Assembly (NCBI RefSeq): GCF_006345805.1
Contig: NC_042998.1
Location: 14,384,001 to 14,448,000 of the forward strand
Length of the DNA: 64,000 bases
Direction: 5' to 3'
Source of the DNA: Octopus sinensis
Lineage: Eukaryota
Below are positions 38,345-50,266 of this stretch, in pieces. Position 1 is the first letter of the stretch. Each line of letters opens with the position of its first letter. The position numbers were made by a program, and so were the translations under genes. The notes beneath the pieces were generated by a model. The model did not search any database. It saw only the letters and a program-made list of their open reading frames with translations, and was not told the origin of the DNA.

Positions 38345-39080
38345 GATTGATTGATTGATTCTAGTTTCAGCTTATGAGCTGTGGCCATGCTGGGGCACCG
38401 CCATTTGGTTGCTACTTGGTTTCACTTCATGGAGGCTTTCTAGCAACTGCTATTTGGTGCATGAGAGAGTTCGATGCAGCTGCCCTCATCTGCCCCTCCT
38501 GCCGTGAAGTTGGTTCATCTGGGACACCTGACAGGAAGAGATCCAGCTTCATTTTAAAGACATCTGTATCCACCCCATGCAGGTCTCTCAGGTTCTTCGG
38601 GAGGATATTGAAGAGCTGTGGGCCTCGGAAGCCCAGGCTATCACAGAATCTTGTCCTACATCTTGATGGCAGGTTTGGAGTCCTAGGCACCACGCAGTGG
38701 CGCCCATTTCTGGCATTTGCGTAACTCTCGATGCCAAAGTTCAGGACACTTCCCTCCAGGATCTTCCAGATGTATATTATGGCATATCTTTCCCGCCTAC
38801 GCTCCAGAGAATATAATTTTAATCTCTTGAGTCTTTCCCAGTAGCTTACATTCTGCATAGAGGCTATCTTCTTTGTGTAGCTTCGTTAGATCGCCTCAAG
38901 TTCTGTGATCAACTTGACACTGGATGGTGACCATAGCTGAGAGCAATAGTCAAAGTGGCTTAGGACAAGTGTCTTCCAGAGGACCATCATGGTTTTTTGT
39001 TCTCTTGTTCTAAAGGTTCTAAGAATCCATCCAGCCAGCCGTCTACATTTCATTGTCAGTTTAGCAACATGTACATGAAA
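38345..39080 (-). mobile_element. 5'-truncated CR1-type LINE: RT C-terminus, 3' UTR and (AATC)n tail
   Basis: ORFs 38886-39098 (GWILRTFRTR...LWKTLVLSHFDYCSQLWSP) and 38427-38858 (SYWERLKRLKLYSLERRRERYAIIYIWKI...GPQLFNILP...KLDLFLSGVPDEP). Tail gaaactagAATCAATCAATC. Confidence 0.92.
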
Positions 39081-40199
39081 GGTACATGAAAGGTACATAT
39101 ATATATATACATATATATATATATGTATATATTAACAGTTATCGCCAAGCTAATATGGCAGTATGGCAGTCCATAAATATAGGACGAATGCTGCCGTTGA
39201 TTAGCTCCAAGAGGCCACCGCTTCTAGCTAGCTATGTAACACACGAATCTGTGTCCATTATAACCTTCCAACAGAGGAGGTCAGCCGCTTCCTTTGCTGG
39301 CCAGGCATCTGCAGACTAGTTTCAGGGTAATACCCTTTCGGGGTATTTGCTCCTGACCTGCACTGACCTGTAATCCTCATACTTGCAGCATCTGCGGCCT
39401 ACTTCGCAAATCGTTGGCGGGACTTAAATGTCACATTCCACTGAAGCATTATGATTGACTAAGAAAGACTATGTTGTCGGAGCCACATACGTCGAAACCG
39501 TAGGGAGAGTCCACCATCATATATGTGTTTGTGTGTGTATGTATATATATATATATGGCTACTATGTATTCTCATATGGCTTCTTCCTTTTAATTTCGAA
39601 AAATGTTTCTTTGCATTTTTATTTCTTTTTTTTTTTTCATTCTCTCTTTCCAATCAATGTACACAAGTTTTCGAAAGAAGAACAACTTTCGAAACTTGAT
39701 AATTAACTCTTTCTACTTCACCAAACGCCAAGCTAATAATTTGATATTGAGCCTGACCTGTCTTGTCACTTTTTTGATTTTTTTGATTTTTTTTTTTTTT
39801 TTTTGCTTTTGCTTGTCTGTATGTGTATCTCTATGCATACACGAAGGAACATATGTACACACACACACAATCGCATACGCACTTGCAGAACTCACCCAAA
39901 CACATGTTTGCATAACATGCATGCATACATACATATATATCTACACACACGTTAACTGGCGAACAATAGTTACATGTAGGATTTTTTTACTTTTGTTTTG
40001 ATGTATAGAGGACTTATACATCCAAACATCTAAATAAATAAATTTTGAAAGGAAAAATGAATAGGATCTATCGGAATAATACTGAAAGAAATCCATCAGG
40101 AACACAGAAGTGATAATGAAGTTTAGTTAACGCTGACGGCCATTGGAGTATATACATTCTTATATGTCGGGTGTTATCACATCTAAATATCAATTACAG

Positions 40200-40242
40200 A
40201 GCTAGAAAGAGTAACGTTTCGAAGAATGAAGCTAAGAAGTTG
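40200..40242 (+). CDS. Candidate 43-nt exon (unidentified)
   Basis: Acceptor atcaattacag|, donor GTTG|gtaatg, two open frames (ARKSNVSKNEAKKL or LERVTFRRMKLRS). Supported by splice signals only. Confidence 0.2.
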
Positions 40243-40490
40243 GTAATGCCAAGCTATGAAGCGTTGTAATATGATGCTGCAATTGAAATGTTCGATATCT
40301 GCATTACATACAGAAGCGCATATACACAGACGTACGCACGGACGCACGCGCGCACACATACATACACACAAACACACACATACACATACATGCACGCAAG
40401 CACGCACGCACACACGCAGAGGCAAGCGTAAGCAAACAAACTAATAAACACATTCATACCCGTGCTTGAATAATGTTTGTGATATATATG

Positions 40491-40555
<65 letters not shown>

Positions 40556-40647
40556 GAGTGTATTTGTGTATGTGTGTGTGTGTATATATATATATATGTG
40601 CATATATATACATATATATGTGTATATATATATATATGAGTGTATTA

Positions 40648-40684
<37 letters not shown>

Positions 40685-41409
40685 GAGTGTGTGTTTATAT
40701 ATATGTATATGTGCATATATATACATATATATGTGTATATATTTATATGAATGTATGTGTGTATACATGGTGATATATATATATATATATATATATATGC
40801 ATGTATACATATATATATACATATATATACATACATATATACATATACACACACACATATATATATATACATACACACATATATATATACGCACACACAA
40901 ACTGAAAGAAATATGAGTTTGTGATGATTATTTTAGAAAAGAGTGCGTATGGTGCATGTGTGATTACGTATAGGTGCTTATCAGTGCGTGTGGGGTGGAG
41001 GGGTGTCTGTCTGTATTTGGTTTGGCCTGGTGTGCGTGCGTGCGCGCGTTTACGAGCTCACGCGCGGGAATTAGTGACAGAAAGTGAGGTAGATATGAAG
41101 AAAGAATAGTAAAGACGATCCTAATAGAAATGTGTAGATTTTCAGGTGAATGAGCAAAATTTAATTTGATCGGCCATTTGGCACTAAGTGTTATGGAAAA
41201 CTGAAAGTTTTCCTTTTTTTTTTTGTTTATTTATTTAGTTCGCCCCCTCCCCTCTTTTTGAAATTGAAGACTTCTTATTGCAATGAAATAACGACTGGTA
41301 GTGAATTGAGTTACATGTAGAGGCGATGGTGGCGGCGGTAGAGCTGGAGATGAGAGAGAGAGAGTTGGTGGGGGCAGACAGGCCGAGACAGAAAGACAGG
41401 CAGAGAGAC

Positions 41410-41593
41410 AGACAGAGACAGTGAAAGAAAGAAGGAAAGAAAGAAAGAAAGATAGAAAGAAAGAAAAAAGAAAGAAAGAAAGAAAGGAAGGAAGAAAGAA
41501 AGTAAGAAGGAAAGAAAGATAGAAAGAAAGGAAAGAAAGTAAGAAAGGAAGAAAGAAAGATAGAAAGGTAGAAAGAAGGAAAGAAAGGAAGAG

Positions 41594-41624
<31 letters not shown>

Positions 41625-41669
41625 GAGAAAGAAAGAAAGGAAGAAAGAAAGAAGGAAAGACAGAAAGAT

Positions 41670-41723
<54 letters not shown>

Positions 41724-41745
41724 GAAGAAAGAATGAAAGAAAGAG
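41410..41745. repeat. (GAAA)n-rich purine tract
   Basis: Imperfect GAAA/GGAA array; others at 25680-25755 and 52685-52770. Confidence 0.97.
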
Positions 41746-42720
41746 TGAATGCTGGGAGCAGGGATAAAGAACGAGCTGTAAAAAGTTGTATCACTTAAGT
41801 TTGCAATTTAGTGTGGATGAGGGAATGGCAATTCAAAAGATTGGAACATATACAAAAGAAAAAACAAAAAGAAAACGAAAAAACCGAAAGCGAAAGCGAA
41901 AGCAAAAGAGATGGCATTTGTGTGTGTGTGTGTTATTCGATATTCTAACTGTTTCGAGTGGTCATTACAAAGGTTTTATGTTGCAACAGATAATATAAGG
42001 GATATAAAATGAGCCTTTTGCTTCGATAGCAATCAGTGTTGTGATTTATCAGATATTCTGACAGCTGGGCTCACTCCAGCCGATTTTGACTATTAGTGCG
42101 GCCACTTTGATAGCCAGTTAGCTACCTATTGGCTGGCTATAGGAGAGCTGGGTTCTATGCTTTTATGGGGATAGGTTTTGGCTAACGTTGACCACTAATA
42201 TTATTGTTATCGATCTCATAAAAGGCGTCTTTGCTCGCTTTGTTCCTAGCTTTCGGTTTTTCAGGTTTTTCTTTAAACTTCCTTTCACGCTCTGTGTTTC
42301 TTTCTTCTTCTCTTTCTTTCTAATTTTCTAAATCTACTATCGCTTTTCTTGGCTACTATTCCTATCTTCCGTTAATACTGCGTAATAAACCGACCTCAAA
42401 AGACAAGAAAATAAAGAAGGATCTTTTCAGAATTTCGTGAAGAAATTGAAAGGAAAGTAAAACACACACACTCACACACACACACGTACACACATACACA
42501 CCCACATATGCACACAACCCCCCACACATACACGCATAAACATATACATACACATATACATATATACATATATACATATATATATGTGTGTGTGTGTGTG
42601 TGTATTATGTATGCAAGTATGCATGTGTGTATGTATGTACGCATGCGCGTACATGTATGCATGTATATATACGCATATATATATAAATGTGTGTGTGTGT
42701 CTGTGTGTATGTGTGTGTGC

Positions 42721-42752
<32 letters not shown>

Positions 42753-43261
42753 GTGTTGTGTGTGTAAGTCAAATGATGAAGACTGAGAAAGAAACGCAGT
42801 ACGACACAAGAGAAGTTTCACTGAGAGGAATGACAATACAGCAGAATGGATGATTGAGTGATATACATACATATATATATATATACACACATATATATAT
42901 ATACATTTGTATGTATGTTTGAATGTATGTACGTATGTTACGTGGGAGGAGTTAATAGAAAGATCGGATGTTAGCGCAGCAATTCAAACTTAATTTCTAA
43001 TGTTTAAAGTCAGTGGCTTCAATTCAAGAATTTATAACACAATTTATTTGTCCGCTTCTTCGATCTCGTCGCGTGTTAACTGCTTATCTGCATATATCTG
43101 GTGCTAGTCTCTATGAGTTCGAATTGCATCCACTCTTTCGTTATTATATGGAGCATTTTGTCACCACACTGAACTGATCCATGTTGTTAAAACAAACCTT
43201 GATTATGCCGGTTTCTTGTCACAGATAAGGCCTGTCGGTTTCTTGTCACAGATAAGGCCTG

Positions 43262-44032
43262 TCTCAGACCGAGCGATATGTGTGTTTATGAGCGAAACAC
43301 CTAAGCTCCACGCGGCTTCGGCAGAAGGTAATGTCGAATATCAGCTGACTCTTTCGCCACAACTTTCACTCACTCTTTCATCCTGCATCTTGCAGCTCAC
43401 CCGCGACGGACTGGCGTCCCGTCCAGGTGGAGAACCTGTACGCCAAGGAAACCGGGAAACCAGCCCTTATGAGCCAGGCATGGCTCGAAAAAGAACAAAC
43501 GATCACTCTACTTTATGTATTGGGCTCCGGACGCGATAATCCTTTTGTTTTTCTGCGATGCTAATAGTTTAGACTGCATGGTCCACTGCTTTATCACTCC
43601 TAACAAGTCTCAATATGTTCCAGTTGCGACACAGACATGAAGAACATAAAAGAAGAAGTCGCTGTCGGATTTCTTTTCGAGCCAGTCTATGTTGAGATTT
43701 CCGGTGAGCTCGATCCATGACGGCTTTTCTCGTCCGTCAAACTGAGATGAGGACGTCGAACCTGAGGAGAGAACTACATAAAGTAGAGTGATCGTTTGTT
43801 CTTTTTCGAGCCATGCCTGGCTCATAAGGGCTGGTTTCCCGGTTTCCTTGGCGTACAGGTTCTCCACCTGGACGGGACGCCAGTCCGTCGCGGGTGAGCT
43901 GCAAGATGCAGGATGAAAGAGTGAGTGAAAGTTGTGGCGAAAGAGTCAGCTGATATTCGACATTACCTTCTGCCGAAGCCGCGTGGAGCTTAGGTGTTTC
44001 GCTCATAAACACACATATCGCTCGGTCTGAGA
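43262..44032. repeat. Apparently perfect 258-bp inverted duplication (SINE body plus unique flank) with a 255-bp spacer
   Basis: Arms are 43262-43519 and 43775-44032. ORFs 43216-43539(+) and 43737-44012(-) translate identically across the arm. The parental SINE B copy with its head spans about 43795-44095(-). Confidence 0.92.
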
Positions 44033-45229
44033 TTCGAACCAGCGATCCCTCGACCGCGATTCCCCTGCTCTAACCACTAGGCCATGTGCTTCCACAAAGC
44101 AGAGTGATTGCTGAAGCAAACTTTGCTCGCAGATGTTTACGGCAATTTTATTTTTACTATTAAAATCGACAGCGCGTAGGTGAGGTTACTTGTTCAATAG
44201 AGAACCTACAATTTGTTTATTTCAATAAAGAGTTCATTTTTACCCTACTCTACGTTTTTAATGTATGTTCGTGTATCCCCATACTCCTATAACACCTATA
44301 TAACACATTTTGCATAAATGAATGAAATCTAGTGAGAAATAATACCAAAACGAAGTGCTGAATGTAAATAATGTTGTCTAGAAATAATACGACTCCGGAA
44401 TATAATGGCTTTCGGTATATAATCTCGTCGATCTATGTTCGAATCTTTGAAGGATCAACCTTACCTTTCATTCTAATAAGCTTGAAAATTTGGTGGGAAG
44501 GAATTACATCTGTAATACAACTGGTACTCATTGTATCGACCCCGAAAGTAAAAATGTCCATATTAGCAGAATTCGAACTCAGACGGTAAAACAGACATTA
44601 CGCCGTGAAGTATTTTACCCAACGTTGCTAACGATTCTGCCGGATCGCTGACTTTTGATAAGCTTATGATAATAACTATTACTTGCTTTCTTTAACCATG
44701 TGTTACCTGTGACTGAGCCGCTGTTATAAAACAACAAAAATATGTTCCCCACTTTTTGGTTTTTTCAAGCATATTGCAACGATTTTAAAGTCAGTGATTT
44801 GGCAGAAACTATTGTGCATTGTGGTATTTGCTTTTAACACTCTGCGATTTGGGTTCAAATTCCGCCGCAGTCAACTTCAATGTTCACCCTTTTGGAGTCG
44901 ACAAATAAATTATCAATCCTAATCCGTGTATTGGCGGAGACTACACGTTTTGGGCCTACAAGAAACAAATTTATTGACAGCATAGAATTCTAGAGTCCTA
45001 CAACCGATGAATCCTGCCAACGCATTTTCAATCGTTGATTGGTTGTTGAAGGCGTTTCAAGCTGTTACTTTTGCAGAAAATTATCGAAAGAGGAAGTTTT
45101 GTAAAGTAAACCACTTGACATGAACTTCTTTGTGCATTTCGTTGGATTTCGCCAAAGCCATTTGTATATTTTCTACAGCATTATGGAGAGAAGAGTCGAG
45201 TCTATTGCAATCGGTGAAGCATTCCCTTT

Positions 45230-45790
45230 TCATGATAATACTTCTGTGATGTAATGTTTTCTATGGGCTTTAAAACTGTATATACAGGATTCTTTTGCTG
45301 ACCACCAAACCGTGACTACAACTTTCTTTTGAAATGCAGCTTCGGTTTAGAAAAGTAAGCGGGTGCTTCACCTTGGTATTTCCGCTCCGCAGGCAGCTGT
45401 TAGTTGTAGCATAGAATGCAGTTTTTTGTCACATTTCCCAGTGTGTTAAAAAAAAAGTAGAATCAATGTTTTCGTTGTATTAAGGAAGCAGAAAGCAAAA
45501 CTCGTTATGATGTATTTATTTCCTTTCCGCTTCTGCTGCAGCATATGTCGAACATTTTTGATTTACCATTCAAACGCAAATGTCAAACAATTATTGAATG
45601 CTTAACTTTTCTTCCTTCCATAACCTTTTGGATTGTTTTTCGTGGATCTGCTTCAATAATGGCTCTCAATTTGGTTGCTGTCAGTAGCAGAAAATCGTCC
45701 TCGGCAACACTCATCTTAGCGCCTATCATTTGTGTTGCAAACCTTTTGGCACCAACGTTCAAATGTAAGTTCCTAGCTCTATGGTAAAGC
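45230..45790 (-). mobile_element. Highly degenerate mariner transposase remnant
   Basis: Minus-strand fragments KLRAIIEADPRKTIQKV...HSIIV*HLRLNGK and KKVVVTVWWSAK match the mariner consensus QLRAIIEADP..TTRE and KKVMVTVWWSA. Confidence 0.75.
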
Positions 45791-47771
45791 GCTTGGCTGA
45801 TATTACTCGCTGCTTTGAATTTTATTTAAACAAGTACAGTATAATTGCTCTAATCTGCATTTTTTTTTTTGCTAAGAATGTAGCTGTCCAGCATGAAGAA
45901 GGATAACGTATGAAAGCAAAATCATTAACATAAATGAAATCCTTAAAACTAATCGTCAAAATGATGTATTACAACTATTTGTTTCTGATTCTGGAATAAG
46001 CTATGCCCTTAGTGTTCGAAGTCCCCGTTCAAACTGTTGCAAGTCGATACCTACAAGAAAGATTGTTGTAAGGAAAATATTCCGGAGAGAAGAAACTAAC
46101 CATAATGTTTAGTACAGTATCTGGAGTTTTAAACATGATATGAAGAAGAAGGAGGTGTGGATGGGGAGGAGGAAGAGCAGCATCAGCAGCAGGGGAGGAG
46201 GGGAGAAGATGAAGAACGAGGATAAAGAAATCGATTGTGCTAAAGTTCGTTGATTGCTGATTTCCACCCAATTTGAATTCCGAAAACACACTGTATGTCA
46301 AATGGCACCACCGACGCTTCCATCAGTCGCCGAGGACCCAAGGCTAAGTAAGTCGAATGTTTATTTTAATATTAATGAAAATCAAGTCTTGTAAATATTA
46401 TTACTCCGAGTTTCGTGCAAGTATTTTTCAACACAACTGAATTCATTATCTAAAAATATAGGTTTATAAAGATTAGAAATATTTGGGTCAAAGGGAGATA
46501 TGTCATTACTGAGATTGCAACATTTAATATCAAACATTGAAGGCGACAAAAGGATTAGCTTGAGAGAATGGAAGCAAAATGGATGAAGTAAGAAAACAAT
46601 GAGACGTACATACATAGACATAGTAAGATGGATCAGTGTTGTGTTCGTGAAAATAGAGCAAAATAAGAAAGCAAAGAAAGTGTGGAAGACGAGAAAATTT
46701 ACTGGTATACAAGAGATAAATTGTATGAAGTGCTTCAATCACTGTATAAGATTGGATACAATGATATTTGTGGAGAATTGTTGAGTCTATTAAAGAGAAG
46801 TGCGAAAACAACTTAGGAAGGGAAAGAAATGAATGAATATAGATCGAGATTCCGAGAAGACATGAGAATGAATTTGGATTTATATAAAGTTGAATGGCAG
46901 AACAAGTAGGAAGTAGGAAATATTTGTCAAGTACAACAAAGATATTGTACATATATATTAGAGAAAAGTGTAGAAGCGAATAATAGAATATTGTAAAGGA
47001 AGGCGAGACAGAGAGAGAGAGAGAGAGAAGAACCAGAGTTACATTATGAAATAAAGCAAAGCAGAAATGTATAACTCTGAACATGGAAAACAATAATTTA
47101 CTGTTGCTTAAAATACAAATGATATAAAATATATTACAAATGGAGTGAAAATAAATTTAAAGATATACATGGTTCTCCAACCAGAATGAAATTCATTTTT
47201 AATACGTTAAAAAACAAACAAAAAGACGGTATCATACGTTTGATGGCCCTCATTCTCCTGCAGAATGCATTTGAACAACACTTAGCTCTAAATGGAAAGA
47301 GAATGAAGTAGAAATGAAGGGTCATTTACGTTATGGAGAAATATAAAGAATAGAAAAAGTAAGGAGCAGTAAAACATATAGGCCTAGGAATAAATCCTTT
47401 ATATTAACAATACACAGAAAATAGCTGAATCGTTGTTTAAATAAATGAATAAAATAAACTAGAATAGAATACAAATATGCTCCAGATTTCAGCAAATAGA
47501 TTCGAGATCATTTAACATGATTAAGAAAAACTCATCACATAAGATTTTACAGTCTTTTGCGAAATACCATTGAACAATATTTAGGTGAGAGCTTTTGGCA
47601 CAAAATACGGATTAAGATAGGGAATTCTAAATCCATAGGATTGGCAAAATTAAAAAAAAAATTGCACTAATAGAATTGTAGCGTATTGACTTGTGAATAG
47701 GATAAATTTCTAGGAGTGACCTTTTAAATGGCTTTGTTTTCACATTAGCTTATGCCTTGAATTCAGCAAGT

Positions 47772-48083
47772 TTATGCGAGATGTAAAAACGAAGAACGTT
47801 TCGCATCCTCATAAACAATACTATCAGGATTGTCCAGAATATGATATAAGCAATTCTGCCACTCATCACAGCAATGCATAGTTGGTGTTATCTTCGTCTT
47901 TAGCCGATATACATAGTCAGAGAGACTGAACGAATTAGTGACATCCGTGTATCTGCCCTTAAAAATACGTCTCGTTAAGCTTAAATAGGTATTTTCTGTT
48001 AGCCTATAAACCCTACTTTGGTACAAGATATCCGCAATTTGTTGCGATATAAAATTTATGTGGGCACCATTTCTTTGAGTGCG
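47772..48083 (-). CDS. Stop-free 103-codon frame in unique sequence, candidate coding exon
   Basis: RTQRNGAHINFISQQIADILYQSRVYRLTENTYLSLTRRIFKGRYTDVTNSFSLSDYVYRLKTKITPTMHCCDEWQNCLYHILDNPDSIVYEDAKRSSFLHLA*. Composition is globular-like; no family recognised. Confidence 0.3.
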   Translation of the reverse strand, partial: RTQRNGAHINFISQQIADILYQSRVYRLTENTYLSLTRRIFKGRYTDVTNSFSLSDYVYRLKTKITPTMHCCDEWQNCLYHILDNPDSIVYEDAKRSSFLHLA

Positions 48084-49001
48084 TTAAATGATGGAAGTCT
48101 GTTGTAGTTTCTATGGCTAATGATGGAAATTAGAATTTAAAGGTTACTCACGGAGCTGTGATTTACAAAGTGATTTTGTTAACTATTTTCTGTAACGTAT
48201 TTGGAAATGCTTCTGTACGAAGCTTAAGAAAGTTCAGGTGATGTTGACTGCCACGCATAAGGAGGATTAGACCAGATAATACTTCGCTTGAGTAGTTTTA
48301 ATGGTATTATAAGGTATTACGAGGTATTATACATCGTGTGTCTTCAAGGAATCGTCACTTTTGTAAAGAGTTATTATAAGAGGGCTGAAACATGATTAAA
48401 GACTTTTGCAACAAGAGATACAGTCACTCCTATTATTCAATAGATTCTTTAAAACTACGGGAGAGAAATGAGGAAGATATTAATATATGTTAATTTTTCA
48501 TTTAGCTTCCTTTAAGGTGAATGTTTATCTGCCCATCGTTATATCTATAATACTGGCTCCATTGTTGTGGGTAATGATTCTAATTCTTCAGTTAAACTCT
48601 TTAAATGAATTAGTTAGAACATTTATTAAGTGATATCCGTTCAAATGGCGAAAAATTAAGAAGCTTTCATCTTTATAATAACCGAAGCTTTGTAGATTGA
48701 TATTGCTTCACACTGAGCGTAACTCCACAAACGTCTCAAATAAACAAACGTCAGTTCCATCTTATGAGACCACATCAAATAATTCAGTTTCATCGGCGCT
48801 TTATCCATAACTACATCAAATAACTCATTACAATTGCACTCTATCTAAACATTGTCTTCAAAAACAAGACCTTCCTTGCGTGCACGATGACGCTAATTTC
48901 AGAATAATAAATTAGTTTTTATCAAATTTTAAACCATTTAGAAGCTTAGAAATGGAAGGTACAAATCAACTATACGATTTGTACTGTCAATTTGCAATTA
49001 C

Positions 49002-49217
49002 ATGGGGCGAAGGTTGAAAAGTTCTTGGCTTTGGTTAAAAGAAAATGCAGGAGAATCAGTTATGCTTTTATTCAACATATTTCCCCTCTCAGATTCACAC
49101 ACTTATTGCAGCGCTCCTTCAGTTTTTCTAAGCTCTGTTACAGAACTTCGAAAGCTGGGCCTCCAATGAGGTTTTTCGTGAAACCCCTAAAACCAGGAAT
49201 TTTTCAGCAACCCCTCG
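49002..49217. mobile_element. Short mariner-like non-autonomous element
   Basis: Imperfect TIRs TA|catggggcgaaggttgaaaagttcttgg and ccaggaatttttcagcaacccctcg|TA. Confidence 0.7.
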
Positions 49218-49747
49218 TATATTTAATTTTCTGTTTGATTAAATAAAATAATCACAGTAGAACTGTTCCTCCTTAAATATAAATTCGTGGCCTGACAAAT
49301 TTAAAGATAATTTTGTCTAAAATATGTTTGTCAACGACAAATATTTCGTTATTTGGAGGGTTGATGAGAACATTTAGAGACAATGTTTCGAATAAGCCAC
49401 GAATATGAAAAACCGTCAAACTAAGGAAGATTTTATTTTGCTTTATGTGTGTTTGGAGTATTTGTGCTTTTCTTTTTGTTTGTTTTTGTAAGTAGGTAAG
49501 TGTTAATACGAGTAATAAACTTTGTCTTTCTTCATCATCGCCACGGCAAACAGTAACACCAAGAAGAAGTTAGCATATTGTGACAAAGTGGAGTTCAAAT
49601 GACACAATAAAGGAATTTATTTCAGCTTTAAGAGCAAATATATATACACACAACACATTCGATTAGACATTCAAAGAAAAGAATTCATCGCTGCACTTGT
49701 TCACATATATGGCGATTAAATTATCAAGATACAAAAAAAACTTAATA

Positions 49748-50266
49748 TTGGGTTGTCTGGAACATTCGTCCCGATTAATAGTAGCTTACATTTCGACTTA
49801 TTTTAGAACATGGTAGAGTCCAGCACAGTTTCAGCTATCTTTTTGTGGAAGAAGGTTTATGTTCCTAGAACCTGTATTAAATCTGTAACCCTTTAAAATG
49901 GAAGGTAAGACAGTTCATTTTCGGCACTTGATGCTTTGGGAACCAGACAAAAATTGCTGCAGCTCGGCTGGGATGTGTTACCCGACCCTCCATATTCACT
50001 AGATATGGCTTCTTCGGATTTCCACTTATGCGGGTCTCTGCAGAATAGTCTTAATGGTAAAAATTTCAATTCCTTGGATGACGTGAAAAGAAACCATGAA
50101 ACCACCTCAATTCTGAGAAGAGGGTATTTCCAAGTTAAAAGGAAGATGGAGACGAATTGTGCAACAAAATGGTTCATATTTGGTTGATTAAAAAATGTAA
50201 TGGCAAGTATTTATTGACCTTTTTTCTTTCCTTTAAAAATCGGCATGAACTTTCCGGACAACCCAA
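49748..50266 (+). mobile_element. Internally deleted mariner transposon
   Basis: TIRs TA|ttgggttgtctggaacattcgtcccgatt and aatcggcatgaactttccggacaacccaa|TA. The N-terminal MEGKTVHFRHLML is fused to the C-terminal GTRQKLLQLGWDVLPDPPYSLDMASSDFHL (degenerate YSPDLAPSD motif). Confidence 0.92.

Noticed and set aside
46530-47093. 187-aa minus-strand ORF, and a plus-strand peptide LYEVLQSLYKIGYNDICGELL vaguely like a death-fold helix
   Set aside because: The minus ORF reflects a pyrimidine-rich strand bias. The plus frame is only about 50 codons between stops, without a convincing splice acceptor.
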